From positions 9,772-73,771 of the forward strand of contig CBDDUX010000027.1 in the NCBI GenBank assembly GCA_965234725.1: a stretch of DNA of 64,000 nucleotides. Direction: 5' to 3'. This DNA comes from Thermoplasmatota archaeon (GTDB lineage: Archaea > Thermoplasmatota > Penumbrarchaeia > Penumbrarchaeales > Penumbrarchaeaceae). The notes below the pieces were generated by a model that was not told the DNA's origin, did no database searches, and saw only the letters and a program-made list of their open reading frames with translations. Position 1 is the stretch's first letter. The number at the start of each line of letters is the position of its first letter. The position numbers and the translations under genes are program-made. Positions 19,966 to 30,991 of this stretch are shown in pieces.

Positions 19966-21363
19966 TTACGGGATATCGATTATTGACCTTGCTGCCCTGG
20001 ATACATCTTCTCGATGCCCTTCTGGGCATGATATCATCATACACCAGGGGATCGGTGCTCTTCTCTGCAATGCCCTGGCAAGGGATGATATTGTTGACAG
20101 GACAGTTGGTCTGTCGCCCAGTACCTTGATATCGGTCCGTTTCAACCTCGGTTCCGAAAGGGTCAGGCTGGGATCCGGGACGTCAACTATAACCTGTCCA
20201 GAGGGAACCTTTGCCTTCCTCTCTAACTCATCTTCCAGTCTCTTTCTCTCTCTGTCCTTGGTTAAGGACCTGATTATCTCCCTGGTCCTTATGGAATCTT
20301 CATTATCCCATGAAATGGTCTCCGATTCCACCCTGAAAGCCGATTTATATAATCTTCTCAATCTCAGACGAGATGCCAGGTCACCGGCTTTACCACCCTG
20401 GTCCTTCATGAATCGCAATATCTCTCCGTCGGACATCTTCCATACGGTTTTCAAGGCTTCATCTGACAGCGCATCCCCAGCTCTACATAACATGGACTCA
20501 GCGATCCTGGCGGTCTTGTGAAAGTAGACTGAGCTGTACATCAATGATCTAGCCACAAGCATGCCTTCAAGGGCGGATATACCCCTCCTCTCTATCATGA
20601 ACTCACCATGGTAGAGAGTGGATGTGTTGACTATCCTGTCAAGGTCCACTATACCGTAGGCAACACCTGTGTAGTGCGAATCCCTTAGAAGAAAATCCAG
20701 CTGGTCCGAATCAAGAGCAGAGTGGATGATCTGGTAGAGGTAGTCCGAACCCGAAAAGAATGCCTGCCCATCCTGGACCTCGAACTTTTCAAGGTCCCCA
20801 TCATTATGATTGCCATCCTGGCAAATAAGGGAGGAAACCTCCTTTGGGTCCATGCAGTGGGATTCCAGTATCTCCGGGATGGAAGGTCCCCTTTCCACAG
20901 TGTCGGACCAATCCGAGGTCCAATCGTCCGAGGATCCCATTATAATGTCCCTGGTCAGGGCCATGTGCTCTTTACCCAATCTATCATGGAAGACCTTCTC
21001 CATGGTATGGGAGAATGGTCCGTGTCCCAGATCATGTAGAAGGCCAGCGGTCTGGACAAGCTTAACCTCTTCAGGGTCGATACCGATGGCCTCCCCCAGG
21101 AGTCCGGCGACATGCGAGACCCCAAGGGAATGTTCGAATCGTGTATGGTGGGCTCCGGGAAATACCAGGTAGGCTAGACCCAGCTGCCTGATCTGGTTCA
21201 ATCTGTTGAATTCAGGAGTTGTGGCCAGGTCCCTCAAAGGCCCCCAGAGCTTGATCGTTCCGTGGACAGGATCGTTGATGATCTTGAAATCTCCCATCTG
21301 TCGGGTGTATGCTTCATGGAGTGAAAAACCTTTCATCAAACCGATCTTTTGATCTGAGATCAC
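19966..21363 (-). CDS. HD-domain phosphohydrolase, dNTP triphosphohydrolase-like
   Basis: FEHSLGV...LLHDLGHGPFSH HD motif typical of dGTPase/SAMHD1-like enzymes. Confidence 0.7.
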   Translation of the reverse strand: MISDQKIGLMKGFSLHEAYTRQMGDFKIINDPVHGTIKLWGPLRDLATTPEFNRLNQIRQLGLAYLVFPGAHHTRFEHSLGVSHVAGLLGEAIGIDPEEVKLVQTAGLLHDLGHGPFSHTMEKVFHDRLGKEHMALTRDIIMGSSDDWTSDWSDTVERGPSIPEILESHCMDPKEVSSLICQDGNHNDGDLEKFEVQDGQAFFSGSDYLYQIIHSALDSDQLDFLLRDSHYTGVAYGIVDLDRIVNTSTLYHGEFMIERRGISALEGMLVARSLMYSSVYFHKTARIAESMLCRAGDALSDEALKTVWKMSDGEILRFMKDQGGKAGDLASRLRLRRLYKSAFRVESETISWDNEDSIRTREIIRSLTKDRERKRLEDELERKAKVPSGQVIVDVPDPSLTLSEPRLKRTDIKVLGDRPTVLSTISSLARALQRRAPIPWCMMISCPEGHREDVSRAARSIIDIP

Positions 21364-21429
21364 ATCAATGGATCTTGACCAAGTAAGACAATTTGTTTCC
21401 CTCGAAGCAAAACGATTATCAGAGACCGG

Positions 21430-22335
21430 ATGGATTACCTCACCATGATGGAACTCACAGGTGAGGAGATGGAGCTTCTCAGGTCCTATCTCTGGCAGGA
21501 TTCAGGTGGTGGAGACCTGACCTCTCAACTATTCTCTCAAGAATACGGTTCTGCTGTCATCATTACAGAAGATGATTGCATATTATCAGGCCTTGAAGCT
21601 GCCATTTTTCTATTCGAGGAGGAAGGGTGCACTATCGAGGAACTGGAAGATGTTTTCAACGAGGGGCTTAGCAAAGCCGGGTCAGAGATATTGAAGATAT
21701 CAGGTCCTGTCCCTGGGTTGCTTAAAGCCGAAAGGGTTGCCCTCAACGTGATATCCAGAATGTCGGGTATAGCAACCCTGGCAAGAAGCGCTTCAATGAA
21801 AGCAGAAGAAACATCACCCGGGACCAGAGTGGCAGGGACCAGAAAGACAACACCAGGGTTCCAGATATTCGAAAAACGAGCTCTGATGGATGGTGGGGCC
21901 CTCCCACACAGGAGGGACCTATCATCTCTTGCCATGCTGAAGGACAATCACATTTCCGCACTCGGAGGAGGTCCGGAAGCTGTCAAAGAGGGAGTCAGTC
22001 AGATAAGAGACCTCTACGGGCCCTATATCTTGATCGAAGTGGAAGCTGAAGATATCGAAACCGCCCTTTCCGGTTTGGAGTCTGGAGCCGATATCATCAT
22101 GTTTGACAACATGTCCCCGGATGAAATAAAGAAAGCATCCAAAACTGCCAGGGAAGCTGCAAAGAAGCTTGGAAAGGGGATAACCCTGGAAGCATCCGGA
22201 GGGATCAGGATCGATGACATCCCTGATTATGCCCCCTGGGTAGATGTGATATCCATGGGGTCTTTGACATATGGGGCTCCCATGAAGAGCTTTAAAATGG
22301 AATACTTAGGTCCTTACGATCCCGATAATAAATGA
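21430..22335 (+). CDS. nadC: Nicotinate-nucleotide pyrophosphorylase (quinolinate phosphoribosyltransferase)
   Basis: GTRKTTPG, LKDNHI, ILIEVE...MFDNM and EASGGI motifs of QAPRTase. Confidence 0.8.
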   Translation: MDYLTMMELTGEEMELLRSYLWQDSGGGDLTSQLFSQEYGSAVIITEDDCILSGLEAAIFLFEEEGCTIEELEDVFNEGLSKAGSEILKISGPVPGLLKAERVALNVISRMSGIATLARSASMKAEETSPGTRVAGTRKTTPGFQIFEKRALMDGGALPHRRDLSSLAMLKDNHISALGGGPEAVKEGVSQIRDLYGPYILIEVEAEDIETALSGLESGADIIMFDNMSPDEIKKASKTAREAAKKLGKGITLEASGGIRIDDIPDYAPWVDVISMGSLTYGAPMKSFKMEYLGPYDPDNK

Positions 22336-22434
22336 TCCCCATATATATTGAGATAAATTGGAACAGAAAGACAGATCCAGGGAAATTGAATTTCAACCCT
22401 TCTCCTTAGGAATATTTAGGTAAAAATTCCCTGT

Positions 22435-22830
22435 TTGGATTGGAAACCCCAAATAGACTCTGTCAGATCCTTAACTGGTGATGTGATGTGCCAGGAAGGA
22501 GAAGGGAATATCAAGGTCCGGAGGGTCGGGGAGATGTTCATGTCCCTTGAACTCTTCAATATTTACATCGATGGAAGGTCATGCGGAAGGATCCTTTCAG
22601 GGGATGAGAAGGTCTACAAAGTTAAGACAGGTAGACATCGTATCAGGATACAGATGGAATCTCCATTCTTAGGGTCCTTTCCCAGTAATACAATAGTAAT
22701 TGATGTGGAAGAGAAAAAGACAGTTGTGTTGGAGTGTGGCAGCACCTATAAGGGTGCCAGGGTCCTTGTCTCCAGATTCTATCTTTTCAACAGGAACAAT
22801 ACCTTTTATATCAGACAGGCCGAGATCTGA
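22435..22830 (+). CDS. Hypothetical small protein
   Basis: 131-aa ORF, no recognisable motif; start uncertain (alternative Met at ~22486). Confidence 0.3.
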   Translation: MDWKPQIDSVRSLTGDVMCQEGEGNIKVRRVGEMFMSLELFNIYIDGRSCGRILSGDEKVYKVKTGRHRIRIQMESPFLGSFPSNTIVIDVEEKKTVVLECGSTYKGARVLVSRFYLFNRNNTFYIRQAEI

Positions 22831-22930
22831 AAGACAATCCCATCAGACCGCCTTTACAATATTACCAATCACAAAACCCTTTTAATGATAGCGTATATCC
22901 GCATCATCCTTTCACCCGGGTGATGCGAAA

Positions 22931-25840
22931 ATGTCGGAATATGATCCCCATGCGATGGAGGCCAAATGGCAGAAGAGATGGGAACAGGAAGATATCTTTA
23001 CACCGGAGGGTCCGACCAGCGGTGATGATAAAAAATTCTTCCTGATCTTCGCCTATCCGGGTATTTCCGGATATCTGCATGTGGGACACATGAGGGGTTT
23101 CACCTATGCGGATGTGATAACCCGATACAAAAGGGTGACCGGCCACGATGTCCTGTTCCCAGTCGGGTTCCATGCCTCAGGTATCCCGGCAATTGCCCTT
23201 GCAAAGAAGATCGAGAGGAAGGACAAAAAGACAATGGACTATCTACTCAAGAACGGGTGTCCACCTGAAAGACTGAAGGAACTCCATGATGTTGACAAAC
23301 TGATAGATTTCTTCTCACATGTTTACATCGAAGAGTACTGGAAGAGGTTCGGTTTCGGTATGGACTTTTCCAGGTGTATGTCAACCGTATCTCCCGGATA
23401 TATGCGTTTCATCACATGGCAGTTCCATACGTTGAACGATCTGGGATATCTTATCACCAAACCGCATTATGCCCCTTACTGTCCAAATTGCGGACCTGTT
23501 GCAGTAGATTCGTCCATGACGGATATCTCACAAGGTGGTAGTGCCGAATCCCAGGAGTTCACGGTCCTGAAGTTCAGACTGGGTGATGGAAGGGTCCTAC
23601 CAGCTGCAACTCTGAGACCGGAGACGGTCTTCGGAGTTACCAACATGTGGCTGCATCCGGATGTGGAATACATCGAAGCAGGAGTTCTTGATGAGAAATG
23701 GGTGGTATCTCCGGAGGCTTTCGAGAAGCTCAAATACCAGATGGAGGGAAGGGGGGAGGTATTCGAGGTTTCAAGGATCAAAGGGTCAGAACTCATTGGA
23801 AAGGTATGTGCCACACCTGTCGGTGTGGAAGTGCCCATCCTTCCAGGAACATTTGTTGACCCTTCGGTTGCAACAGGTGTCGTGATGTCTGTCCCTGCCC
23901 ATGCACCTTTTGACTGGATCGCCCTGAAGGATGTTCAGAATGAGCTGAGGGAAGGAAAGAACGAAATGGGTCTTGATAGGGAAAAAGTGTTGGAACTGAC
24001 CCCGATCACCCTGATCCAGGCAAGGAAGGAGTTTACCGAGGATCCGGCTGGACAGATCTGCATGGAGATGAAGATCGCAGACCAGAACGATTCGGCGAAA
24101 CTGGAGGAAGCGACCAAGTCCATCTACAAGGAGGAGTTCCATTCCGGGACATTGATGGAGATATGCGGCGAATACTCCGGTCTTAAGGTCTCCCAGATAA
24201 AGGATACTCTCAGGGTTGACTTCATTGAAAAGGGTCTTGCCGATGTATTCCATGAGTTCTCGGAACCCGTGATCTGCAGATGCGGGGGGAATGTCCTGAT
24301 CAAGAGGATCCCTGATCAGTGGTTCATCAATTACTCGAAAAAGGAATGGACCGAACAGGCCAAGGAACATGCGTTAAGGATGAACATCTCTCCCGAAGAA
24401 TATCAAAGGGATCTTCCCGCTGTCCTGGATTGGTTCGGAGATAGGGCATGTATCAGGAGAGGCTCGTGGCTTGGAACCCAGTTCCCGTACAAGAAGGATT
24501 GGACGATAGAACCCATATCAGATTCCACACTCTATCCGACCTATTACACCATTTCCGGATATGTGAATGACGGCTCATTAAAAGTGGAATGGATGGATGA
24601 TGCATTTTTCAATTATATTTTCAGAGGGAAGGGTGAGATCTCGGATTTCCCGGAGGAAAGAAGAGAGATAGTATCCCGTTGCAGGAAGGATTTCCTTTAC
24701 TGGTATCCTCTTGATATCAACCTGGGAGGCAAAGAGCACAAGACAGTCCATTTCCCGGTTTTCCTCATGAACCATGTTGCGATCCTGAACCAGGAGCACT
24801 GGCCCAGGGGTATTTATGTACACTGGTGGGTAACAATGTCAGGTGGGGACAAGATATCCAAGACAAAAGGCGGGGCGGAACCGATCCCGGAAGCCATCGA
24901 AAAGTATGGAGTGGACGCCATGAGGTTATATTACTGCCATGTGGGGTCCTCCGCAATGGATGTGGAATGGGTCGAAGAGACAGTATCCCATTACAAGACA
25001 AGGATGAAGAAGGTCTTCGAGCAGATGGATGAACTCTTTGAAATGGAACAGGATATTGAGACGGATGTTGATCCATGGTTAGTGTCGATGATGGCAAGGA
25101 GACTCACATCACTGAACGATGCAATGGAGATCGGAGGATTCAGGGAAGCCTCCAATATCATATATTTCACAGTCCCAGGGGACATGAAATGGTACCTGAA
25201 GAGGGGTGGAAAGAACAGGACCCTCCTCCGAGAGATGATAGGTGTGTGGGCAAGGATGTTGCAGCCTTTCACACCTCATCTGGCTGAGGAGATATGGGAG
25301 CGGATAGGTGGAAGTGGTTACATCTCCCTTGCTTCCTGGCCGACCATTGAAAATGAACGGGTGGACGAGGGATCCCTGAAGAGAGAGGAATATGTGATCA
25401 AGCTCCTGGAGGACCTCAAGAGTATTAAGAAGATGAACGGAATTGAACCGAAAAGGATCCTTCTCTATACTGCCGCTGACTGGAAATGGGGCATCCTTGA
25501 CTCATTGATAGAACAGGTCGAAAAAGGAGATGGAAGGATTGATCCCGGAGAGATCATCAAACCCCTGATGTCCAGACCGGATCTGAACCCTTACAAGAAG
25601 GCGATCCCCAAGATGGTGGGCCGTCTGTCGAAAGATGTAGTCAAGCTAGGTCCGGAAGAAAAGGAGAAATTCCTGATACTGAGGGACGAATATGAATTGC
25701 TCCACACACTTGCCGATTTCCTTTCATCTGAGATGGGTTGTGTTCTGAAGGTTTTCAGAGAGGACGATCCCGAGAAGGAGGACCCGATCGGTAAGGCACA
25801 GGTATCCACTCCTCTGAAACCAGGGATATTCATGGAATGA
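22931..25840 (+). CDS. leuS: Leucyl-tRNA synthetase, archaeal/eukaryal type
   Basis: HIGH motif (HVGHMRG), KMSKS motif (KISKTKG), 969 aa with archaeal-type editing and C-terminal domains. Confidence 0.9.
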   Translation: MSEYDPHAMEAKWQKRWEQEDIFTPEGPTSGDDKKFFLIFAYPGISGYLHVGHMRGFTYADVITRYKRVTGHDVLFPVGFHASGIPAIALAKKIERKDKKTMDYLLKNGCPPERLKELHDVDKLIDFFSHVYIEEYWKRFGFGMDFSRCMSTVSPGYMRFITWQFHTLNDLGYLITKPHYAPYCPNCGPVAVDSSMTDISQGGSAESQEFTVLKFRLGDGRVLPAATLRPETVFGVTNMWLHPDVEYIEAGVLDEKWVVSPEAFEKLKYQMEGRGEVFEVSRIKGSELIGKVCATPVGVEVPILPGTFVDPSVATGVVMSVPAHAPFDWIALKDVQNELREGKNEMGLDREKVLELTPITLIQARKEFTEDPAGQICMEMKIADQNDSAKLEEATKSIYKEEFHSGTLMEICGEYSGLKVSQIKDTLRVDFIEKGLADVFHEFSEPVICRCGGNVLIKRIPDQWFINYSKKEWTEQAKEHALRMNISPEEYQRDLPAVLDWFGDRACIRRGSWLGTQFPYKKDWTIEPISDSTLYPTYYTISGYVNDGSLKVEWMDDAFFNYIFRGKGEISDFPEERREIVSRCRKDFLYWYPLDINLGGKEHKTVHFPVFLMNHVAILNQEHWPRGIYVHWWVTMSGGDKISKTKGGAEPIPEAIEKYGVDAMRLYYCHVGSSAMDVEWVEETVSHYKTRMKKVFEQMDELFEMEQDIETDVDPWLVSMMARRLTSLNDAMEIGGFREASNIIYFTVPGDMKWYLKRGGKNRTLLREMIGVWARMLQPFTPHLAEEIWERIGGSGYISLASWPTIENERVDEGSLKREEYVIKLLEDLKSIKKMNGIEPKRILLYTAADWKWGILDSLIEQVEKGDGRIDPGEIIKPLMSRPDLNPYKKAIPKMVGRLSKDVVKLGPEEKEKFLILRDEYELLHTLADFLSSEMGCVLKVFREDDPEKEDPIGKAQVSTPLKPGIFME

Positions 25841-26082
25841 TATCCTTTGGTCTTTGGGATGGATATCTCGCAAAATTGGAGTAGGATGTCAGAACAAAAG
25901 TATGTTTTGTAGGGGATGGGGTCGAAAAAATATTCAAAACTGTTACAATATCAATAATGAGAATCTCTTTAGATTCTTTCAAGAGAGATTAAACTGAGTG
26001 AAAAAGTAAGGACTATGGCTCTGGGTCCACTTTTATTTTCGACAGATTTAAAATCTTTTAGATCAATATATTCCATGGAATC

Positions 26083-29000
26083 TTGGGAGGCTCCGAAATG
26101 CAAAAGAAAGTGGTATTTCTATTATCTTTATTATTGCTAATGGGAACTTATTCATTCTTTCCATTAGATTTTCAAATTAATGCAGGATCTGAAAGGAAAA
26201 CAAGGGGGTTTGTTGATTTCGAGATGGACCTGAACATCTCCGATGCTTCGTTGGCAACGTACATCGGCGAGGCTGCAGGTGATGGTTCAGGGTGGTCTGT
26301 CTCTGGAGCGGGAGATGTGAACGGGGACGGATACGATGACATCCTCATCGGAGCATATAATAATGATGAGGGTGGGTCAAATGCGGGCCAGATATATCTT
26401 GTCCTGGGCCGGTCAACTGGTTGGAGCATGGACATGAACCTATCCTCAGCGGATGCATCGTTCATCGGCGAGGCTGCAGATGATTGGGCAGGGAGATCGA
26501 TCTCAGGAGCGGGGGATGTGAACGGTGACGGATACGACGACATCCTCATCGGAGCATATAAGAACGATGAGGGGGGGTCAAATGCGGGCCAGACATATTT
26601 TGTCTTGGGCCGGTCAACTGGTTGGAGCATGGATATGGACCTGGCCTCATCGGATGCATCGTTCATCGGCGAGGCTGCAGGTGATTTTTCAGGGGGTTCG
26701 GTCTCAGGAGCGGGAGATGTGAACGATGACGGATACGATGATATCCTGATCGGAGCTTTTGGCAATGATGAGGGTGGGTCAAATGCGGGCCAGACATATC
26801 TTGTCCTGGGCCGATCAACCGGTTGGAGCATGGATATGGACCTGGCCTCATCGGACGCGTCGTTCATCAGCGAGGCTGCAGGTGATAGTTCAGGGGGTTC
26901 GGTCTCAGGAGCGGGAGATGTGAACGGGGACGGATACGACGACATCCTCGTAGGAGCTATTAATAACGATGAGGGTGGGTCAAATGCGGGCCAGACATAT
27001 CTTGTCCTGGGTCGGTCGACGGGGTGGAGCATGGATATGGACCTATCCTCAGCGGATGCGTCGTTCATCGGCGAGGCTGCAAGTGATAATTCAGGGCTAT
27101 CTGTCTCCGGCGCGGGAGATGTGAACGGGGACGGATACGATGATACCCTGATCGGAGCTTTTGGCAATGATGAGGGTGGGTCAAGTGCTGGCCAGACATA
27201 TCTTGTCCTGGGCCGGTCAACCGGTTGGAGCATGGATATGGACCTGGCCTCATCGGACGCGTCGTTCATCGGCGAGGCTGCAGGTGATGGTTCAGGGTGG
27301 TCTGTCTCTGGAGCTGGTGACGTGAACGGTGACGGATACGACGACATCCTCGTAGGAGCTAATAATAACGATGAGGGTGGGTCAAATGCGGGCCAGACAT
27401 ATCTTGTCCTGGGTCGGTCGACGGGGTGGAGCATGGATATGGACCTATCCTCAGCGGATGCATCGTTCATCGGCGAGGCTGCAGGTGATGGTTCAGGGGG
27501 TTCGGTCTCAGGAGCGGGAGATGTGAACGGGGACGGATACGACGACATCCTCGTAGGAGCTAATAATAACGATGAGGGCGGGTATGATGCGGGCCAGACA
27601 TACCTGATATCAGGCCTTGGTTATTCCGAACCATTAGAGGTCTATTCGGTCGATCTCTACTCCGACTCAGGATTCTCAACACCCGCGACAGTTGCTGATA
27701 TCGGGAGCACCATATACATCGAGGTTAAAGGTCTCGACAGCAATGCCTCCCATCAAGATACTGCCATTGTAAATATCACATTCAGGCCAGGGTCAGTTGG
27801 TTTGATAAGAGTTGCTTATATCGAAACGGGAAACAACACTGGAATATACAGGGGATTTTTCATCATTCCTCCAGGAACGATTTACCTCGATACCTTGAAC
27901 TTCTCATCAAGAAAGGATCCCACAAAGTTTGCACACCTTTTCATTGATAACCCATTCAGGCCCACATCAATAAGCTCATTGAAGACCTACTATGATTCAG
28001 CATGTACAATTGAAGCGGACAAAGCAGACCTTGAAGATACCTTCTACATTGAGGTTATCGGAACCGATGCAAATCCGGTTTCTCGGAACTTTGCTCTGGT
28101 GAACATCTCCTCCACATACAGCATGCCACTCCGGATCCCAATTTTGCTCAATGAGACAGGGATCAATACGGGAGCATACCGCGGAGAATTTCAGGTACCT
28201 GAAACATTCGTGTGGTTCGAAAATATTGAGGTCGTTTCCTGCAGGGACCCAAGTTTTTACAGGAATATCAATGTCGACAAACCCTTCAGCCCCACAAGAA
28301 TAGACTCCGTAAAAACATACTGGGATTCCACCCATAGTAAAGAGATCAACAAGATACAACGGGAGGAAACATTGCATATCGAGGTGATAGGACAGGATGA
28401 GAATCCTCTGACAAGGGACTATGCTTTTGTCAATCTTACTTTTGAGAAAACAATACAACCCCCAATTTTAATGCTGCTCAAAGAAACTGGTTTACACACA
28501 GGCAACTATCGGAATGAATTTTTTATTCCAAACTCAACCGAGATGTTCGATAATATCTCTGTGATCTCAGCAAAGGACCCAACAAAGAATGCGAAGGTTA
28601 TGGTATGTGAACTGGTGGAGATAGGACCAACAGAACCAATAAGAATTGCAAATGAGGACGAAGAATATTCTGTTCAATATTCGAATATAGGTTTGGCAGA
28701 TTTTTCAAGCTGGACATTTGAGATCATCGGAGATTGGTTATCATTCGATACAGGTACTCTAATATTATCTGGTACTCCAGAAAACGAAGATGTGGGAATC
28801 ACGTCTGTAGCATTGAACCTAAGTGACGATATCGGTCATTTCTCTTCGCAAAAGTTCTTGATATCTGTTGAGAATGCCAATCCGATCTTGACTGGGGAGA
28901 ATCTTCTTGAGATTAACCAGGGAAAATACTATGAAGTGGACTACGACTGTAATGATGATGGACAAGGCAATGTAACCTACCATCTTTCATCGAATGCTGA

Positions 29001-30585
29001 ATGGCTCACAATGGATTATCTATCGGGTATTATGAACGGAACACCTACAAATGATGATGTGGGAATTGTAACAGTCACTGTATCTGTGCATGACGGAAAT
29101 GAAGGCTGGGATTCAAGACAGTTCGATATCAAGGTAATCAATGTTAACGACCCTCCAATAATAATCACAAATGACACCCTGTCAGTCTATCAAAACGATC
29201 CATTCCTCAAGAATTATCAAGCTCTTGAAATCGATTCCGGAGATGAGATCAAATGGAAACTCCATACCGATGCTGGCTTCCTTTCAATCGATTATGAAAT
29301 GGGAACACTGTCCGGAAATCCAGGACCAATGGATGTTGGGTCCTACTTCGTAAACGTTTCAGTCTGGGACCTTTCGGATGAGTTCGATTTCCATAACTTC
29401 ACATTGGAGGTTCTGAACGTCAATGATGGACCAGCATGGGTAGAATTTCCTGAAAATATTGATATCGTGCATGGAAAAACATATCTTTTCGACGTGAACG
29501 CAACAGATTATGATGGAGATACAACATATTATTCCGTTTCATCAACACCGGATTCTGATATTACAATTGATGAAGATACTGGACAAATAAACTGGACAGC
29601 TGACATCCATATTTTCGAAAAAGCTCCTTTCAAACTTGAAGTAATTGTATCAGCCTGGGACGGAATTGTATTTGCCAACAGGACCTTTACTATCACGGTA
29701 TTAGCTTCTCTACCCCCGGAGGTGGAGTTAATTGGTCCAGGGGATGGTGAAAAAGGGGCTTCTACCGGTGCAATTCTCAGCTGGGAAGGTACAGATCCCG
29801 AAGGAGAATCAATTACTTACGACATATATCTTCACCAAACAGAGGTATTTGTCCAGGGATATCGAGAAGAAGCCATCTATGAAGAAGAATACGAGGGTAC
29901 AAACATCACGCTCTCAGATCTGGATCCAGGAAAAACATACTTCTGGACAGTTATCCCAAATGACGGTTGTTCTAACGGTTTGTGCACTTCAGGAGTTATA
30001 TCTTTCAGGGTTAACTACAAACCCACATTCAAGACCATCGAGGACCAGAAGATCTCAGCTGGAACTAATTTTAAATTCAAGATCTCCTGCACTGACCAGG
30101 ATTCGGAGGACCTTCCCAATTTGAGATATTCATTGATTGATGCTCCAGAAGGAATGACCCTTAACGCAGAAACTGGCATGATAAGATGGACCCCTAAGGG
30201 TGATCAGGCAATAATTCACACGGTTTCTGTTCAGATCTCGGATGGGATCGAAACGAATCAGGCAACATTCAGAGTGGAAGTAACCCAGGCAGAGAGTTCC
30301 TCATCTTCATTGTTCCTGATAATTATCATTGCGGTAATAGTCGTCATCTTGCTTGCTCTTGGAATCTTCTTCTTTATAAAGAAGAAAAAGCAAATGGATG
30401 AAGCTGCTATCAAACGCGGTGAAGAAGAAAGAGCTGCTCTTGAGAAAGAGAAAGAAGACAATACTCCATCATACGAGGACCTCTACGGCGTTCCTGCTCC
30501 TGAAAAGAATGAAGATGGTATGACAACTTCAGAATTGAAAGACTATATTCACGAACAGATCGAAGATCTAAAAGGACAAGAATGA
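26083..30585 (+). CDS. Giant (1500-aa) surface protein: signal peptide, 7-blade FG-GAP (integrin-alpha-like) beta-propeller, multiple Ig/cadherin-like and FN3 domains, C-terminal TM anchor and acidic cytoplasmic tail
   Basis: Seven ~67-aa repeats with Ca-binding DVNGDGYDD and FG/GAP signatures; FN3-like segment (PPEVELIGPGDGE...TYFWTVIPNDG); He_PIG/cadherin-like segments; TM LFLIIIIAVIVVILLALGIFFFI. Confidence 0.8.
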   Translation: MGGSEMQKKVVFLLSLLLLMGTYSFFPLDFQINAGSERKTRGFVDFEMDLNISDASLATYIGEAAGDGSGWSVSGAGDVNGDGYDDILIGAYNNDEGGSNAGQIYLVLGRSTGWSMDMNLSSADASFIGEAADDWAGRSISGAGDVNGDGYDDILIGAYKNDEGGSNAGQTYFVLGRSTGWSMDMDLASSDASFIGEAAGDFSGGSVSGAGDVNDDGYDDILIGAFGNDEGGSNAGQTYLVLGRSTGWSMDMDLASSDASFISEAAGDSSGGSVSGAGDVNGDGYDDILVGAINNDEGGSNAGQTYLVLGRSTGWSMDMDLSSADASFIGEAASDNSGLSVSGAGDVNGDGYDDTLIGAFGNDEGGSSAGQTYLVLGRSTGWSMDMDLASSDASFIGEAAGDGSGWSVSGAGDVNGDGYDDILVGANNNDEGGSNAGQTYLVLGRSTGWSMDMDLSSADASFIGEAAGDGSGGSVSGAGDVNGDGYDDILVGANNNDEGGYDAGQTYLISGLGYSEPLEVYSVDLYSDSGFSTPATVADIGSTIYIEVKGLDSNASHQDTAIVNITFRPGSVGLIRVAYIETGNNTGIYRGFFIIPPGTIYLDTLNFSSRKDPTKFAHLFIDNPFRPTSISSLKTYYDSACTIEADKADLEDTFYIEVIGTDANPVSRNFALVNISSTYSMPLRIPILLNETGINTGAYRGEFQVPETFVWFENIEVVSCRDPSFYRNINVDKPFSPTRIDSVKTYWDSTHSKEINKIQREETLHIEVIGQDENPLTRDYAFVNLTFEKTIQPPILMLLKETGLHTGNYRNEFFIPNSTEMFDNISVISAKDPTKNAKVMVCELVEIGPTEPIRIANEDEEYSVQYSNIGLADFSSWTFEIIGDWLSFDTGTLILSGTPENEDVGITSVALNLSDDIGHFSSQKFLISVENANPILTGENLLEINQGKYYEVDYDCNDDGQGNVTYHLSSNAEWLTMDYLSGIMNGTPTNDDVGIVTVTVSVHDGNEGWDSRQFDIKVINVNDPPIIITNDTLSVYQNDPFLKNYQALEIDSGDEIKWKLHTDAGFLSIDYEMGTLSGNPGPMDVGSYFVNVSVWDLSDEFDFHNFTLEVLNVNDGPAWVEFPENIDIVHGKTYLFDVNATDYDGDTTYYSVSSTPDSDITIDEDTGQINWTADIHIFEKAPFKLEVIVSAWDGIVFANRTFTITVLASLPPEVELIGPGDGEKGASTGAILSWEGTDPEGESITYDIYLHQTEVFVQGYREEAIYEEEYEGTNITLSDLDPGKTYFWTVIPNDGCSNGLCTSGVISFRVNYKPTFKTIEDQKISAGTNFKFKISCTDQDSEDLPNLRYSLIDAPEGMTLNAETGMIRWTPKGDQAIIHTVSVQISDGIETNQATFRVEVTQAESSSSSLFLIIIIAVIVVILLALGIFFFIKKKKQMDEAAIKRGEEERAALEKEKEDNTPSYEDLYGVPAPEKNEDGMTTSELKDYIHEQIEDLKGQE
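26242..27647 (+). repeat. Seven tandem ~201-bp (first unit 210-bp) near-identical DNA repeats, in-frame, encoding the FG-GAP blades
   Basis: Units start at about 26242, 26452, 26653, 26854, 27055, 27256, 27457; long stretches identical between units (e.g. gatgcatcgttcatcggcgaggctgcaggtgat...gtgaacggggacggatacga). Confidence 0.85.
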
Positions 30586-30753
30586 GGTGTTGAATTCCTG
30601 CTCGATTTTGCCTCTTCGTGCTAGAATTGCTCCTCTCATTTGCCAATATCGTTCCGATGGAAAGGACTTGAAGTGATTTCCTTCTTCCTCTCTCGAAAAG
30701 AACTGGCAACATTAGTAAATCTCAATAAATATATTAATTACTGAAGCCATGTT

Positions 30754-30981
30754 ATGTATGGTGGAAAATCAATGATATTCAAGATTGTTCTTGAACCTTC
30801 CGAAGACGGTGGTTTTACTGTGTTTGTACCTTCCCTTCCGGGATGTATTTCCGAAGGAGAAAACAGGGAGGAAGCTTTGGAAAATATCAAAGAAGCAATC
30901 GAATTATATCTTGAGCCTATAGAAGATGATATGATACAGTTCGAATCAAGTGGTGGAGAATTGGCTGAATTGACGATTTGA
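30754..30981 (+). CDS. hicB: HicB-family antitoxin (minimal, RNase-H-like fold only; start may be Met at 30772)
   Basis: UPF0150/HicB signature FTVFVPSLPGCISEGENREEALENIKEAIELYLE. Confidence 0.75.
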   Translation: MYGGKSMIFKIVLEPSEDGGFTVFVPSLPGCISEGENREEALENIKEAIELYLEPIEDDMIQFESSGGELAELTI

Positions 30982-30991
30982 GGTTATTCTC

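Noticed and set aside
26172-27548. 458-aa antisense ORF (P/S/A-rich, internally repetitive) plus small duplicate ORFs at 26663-26851 and 27065-27253
   Set aside because: These lie entirely within the 201-bp tandem repeat array of the plus-strand giant gene. A stop-free antisense frame is an artefact of the repeats, and the product is low complexity.
26242-27647. Regularly spaced repeats considered as a CRISPR array
   Set aside because: The repeat unit is 201 bp and in-frame within a CDS, there are no short unique spacers, and no cas genes are present.
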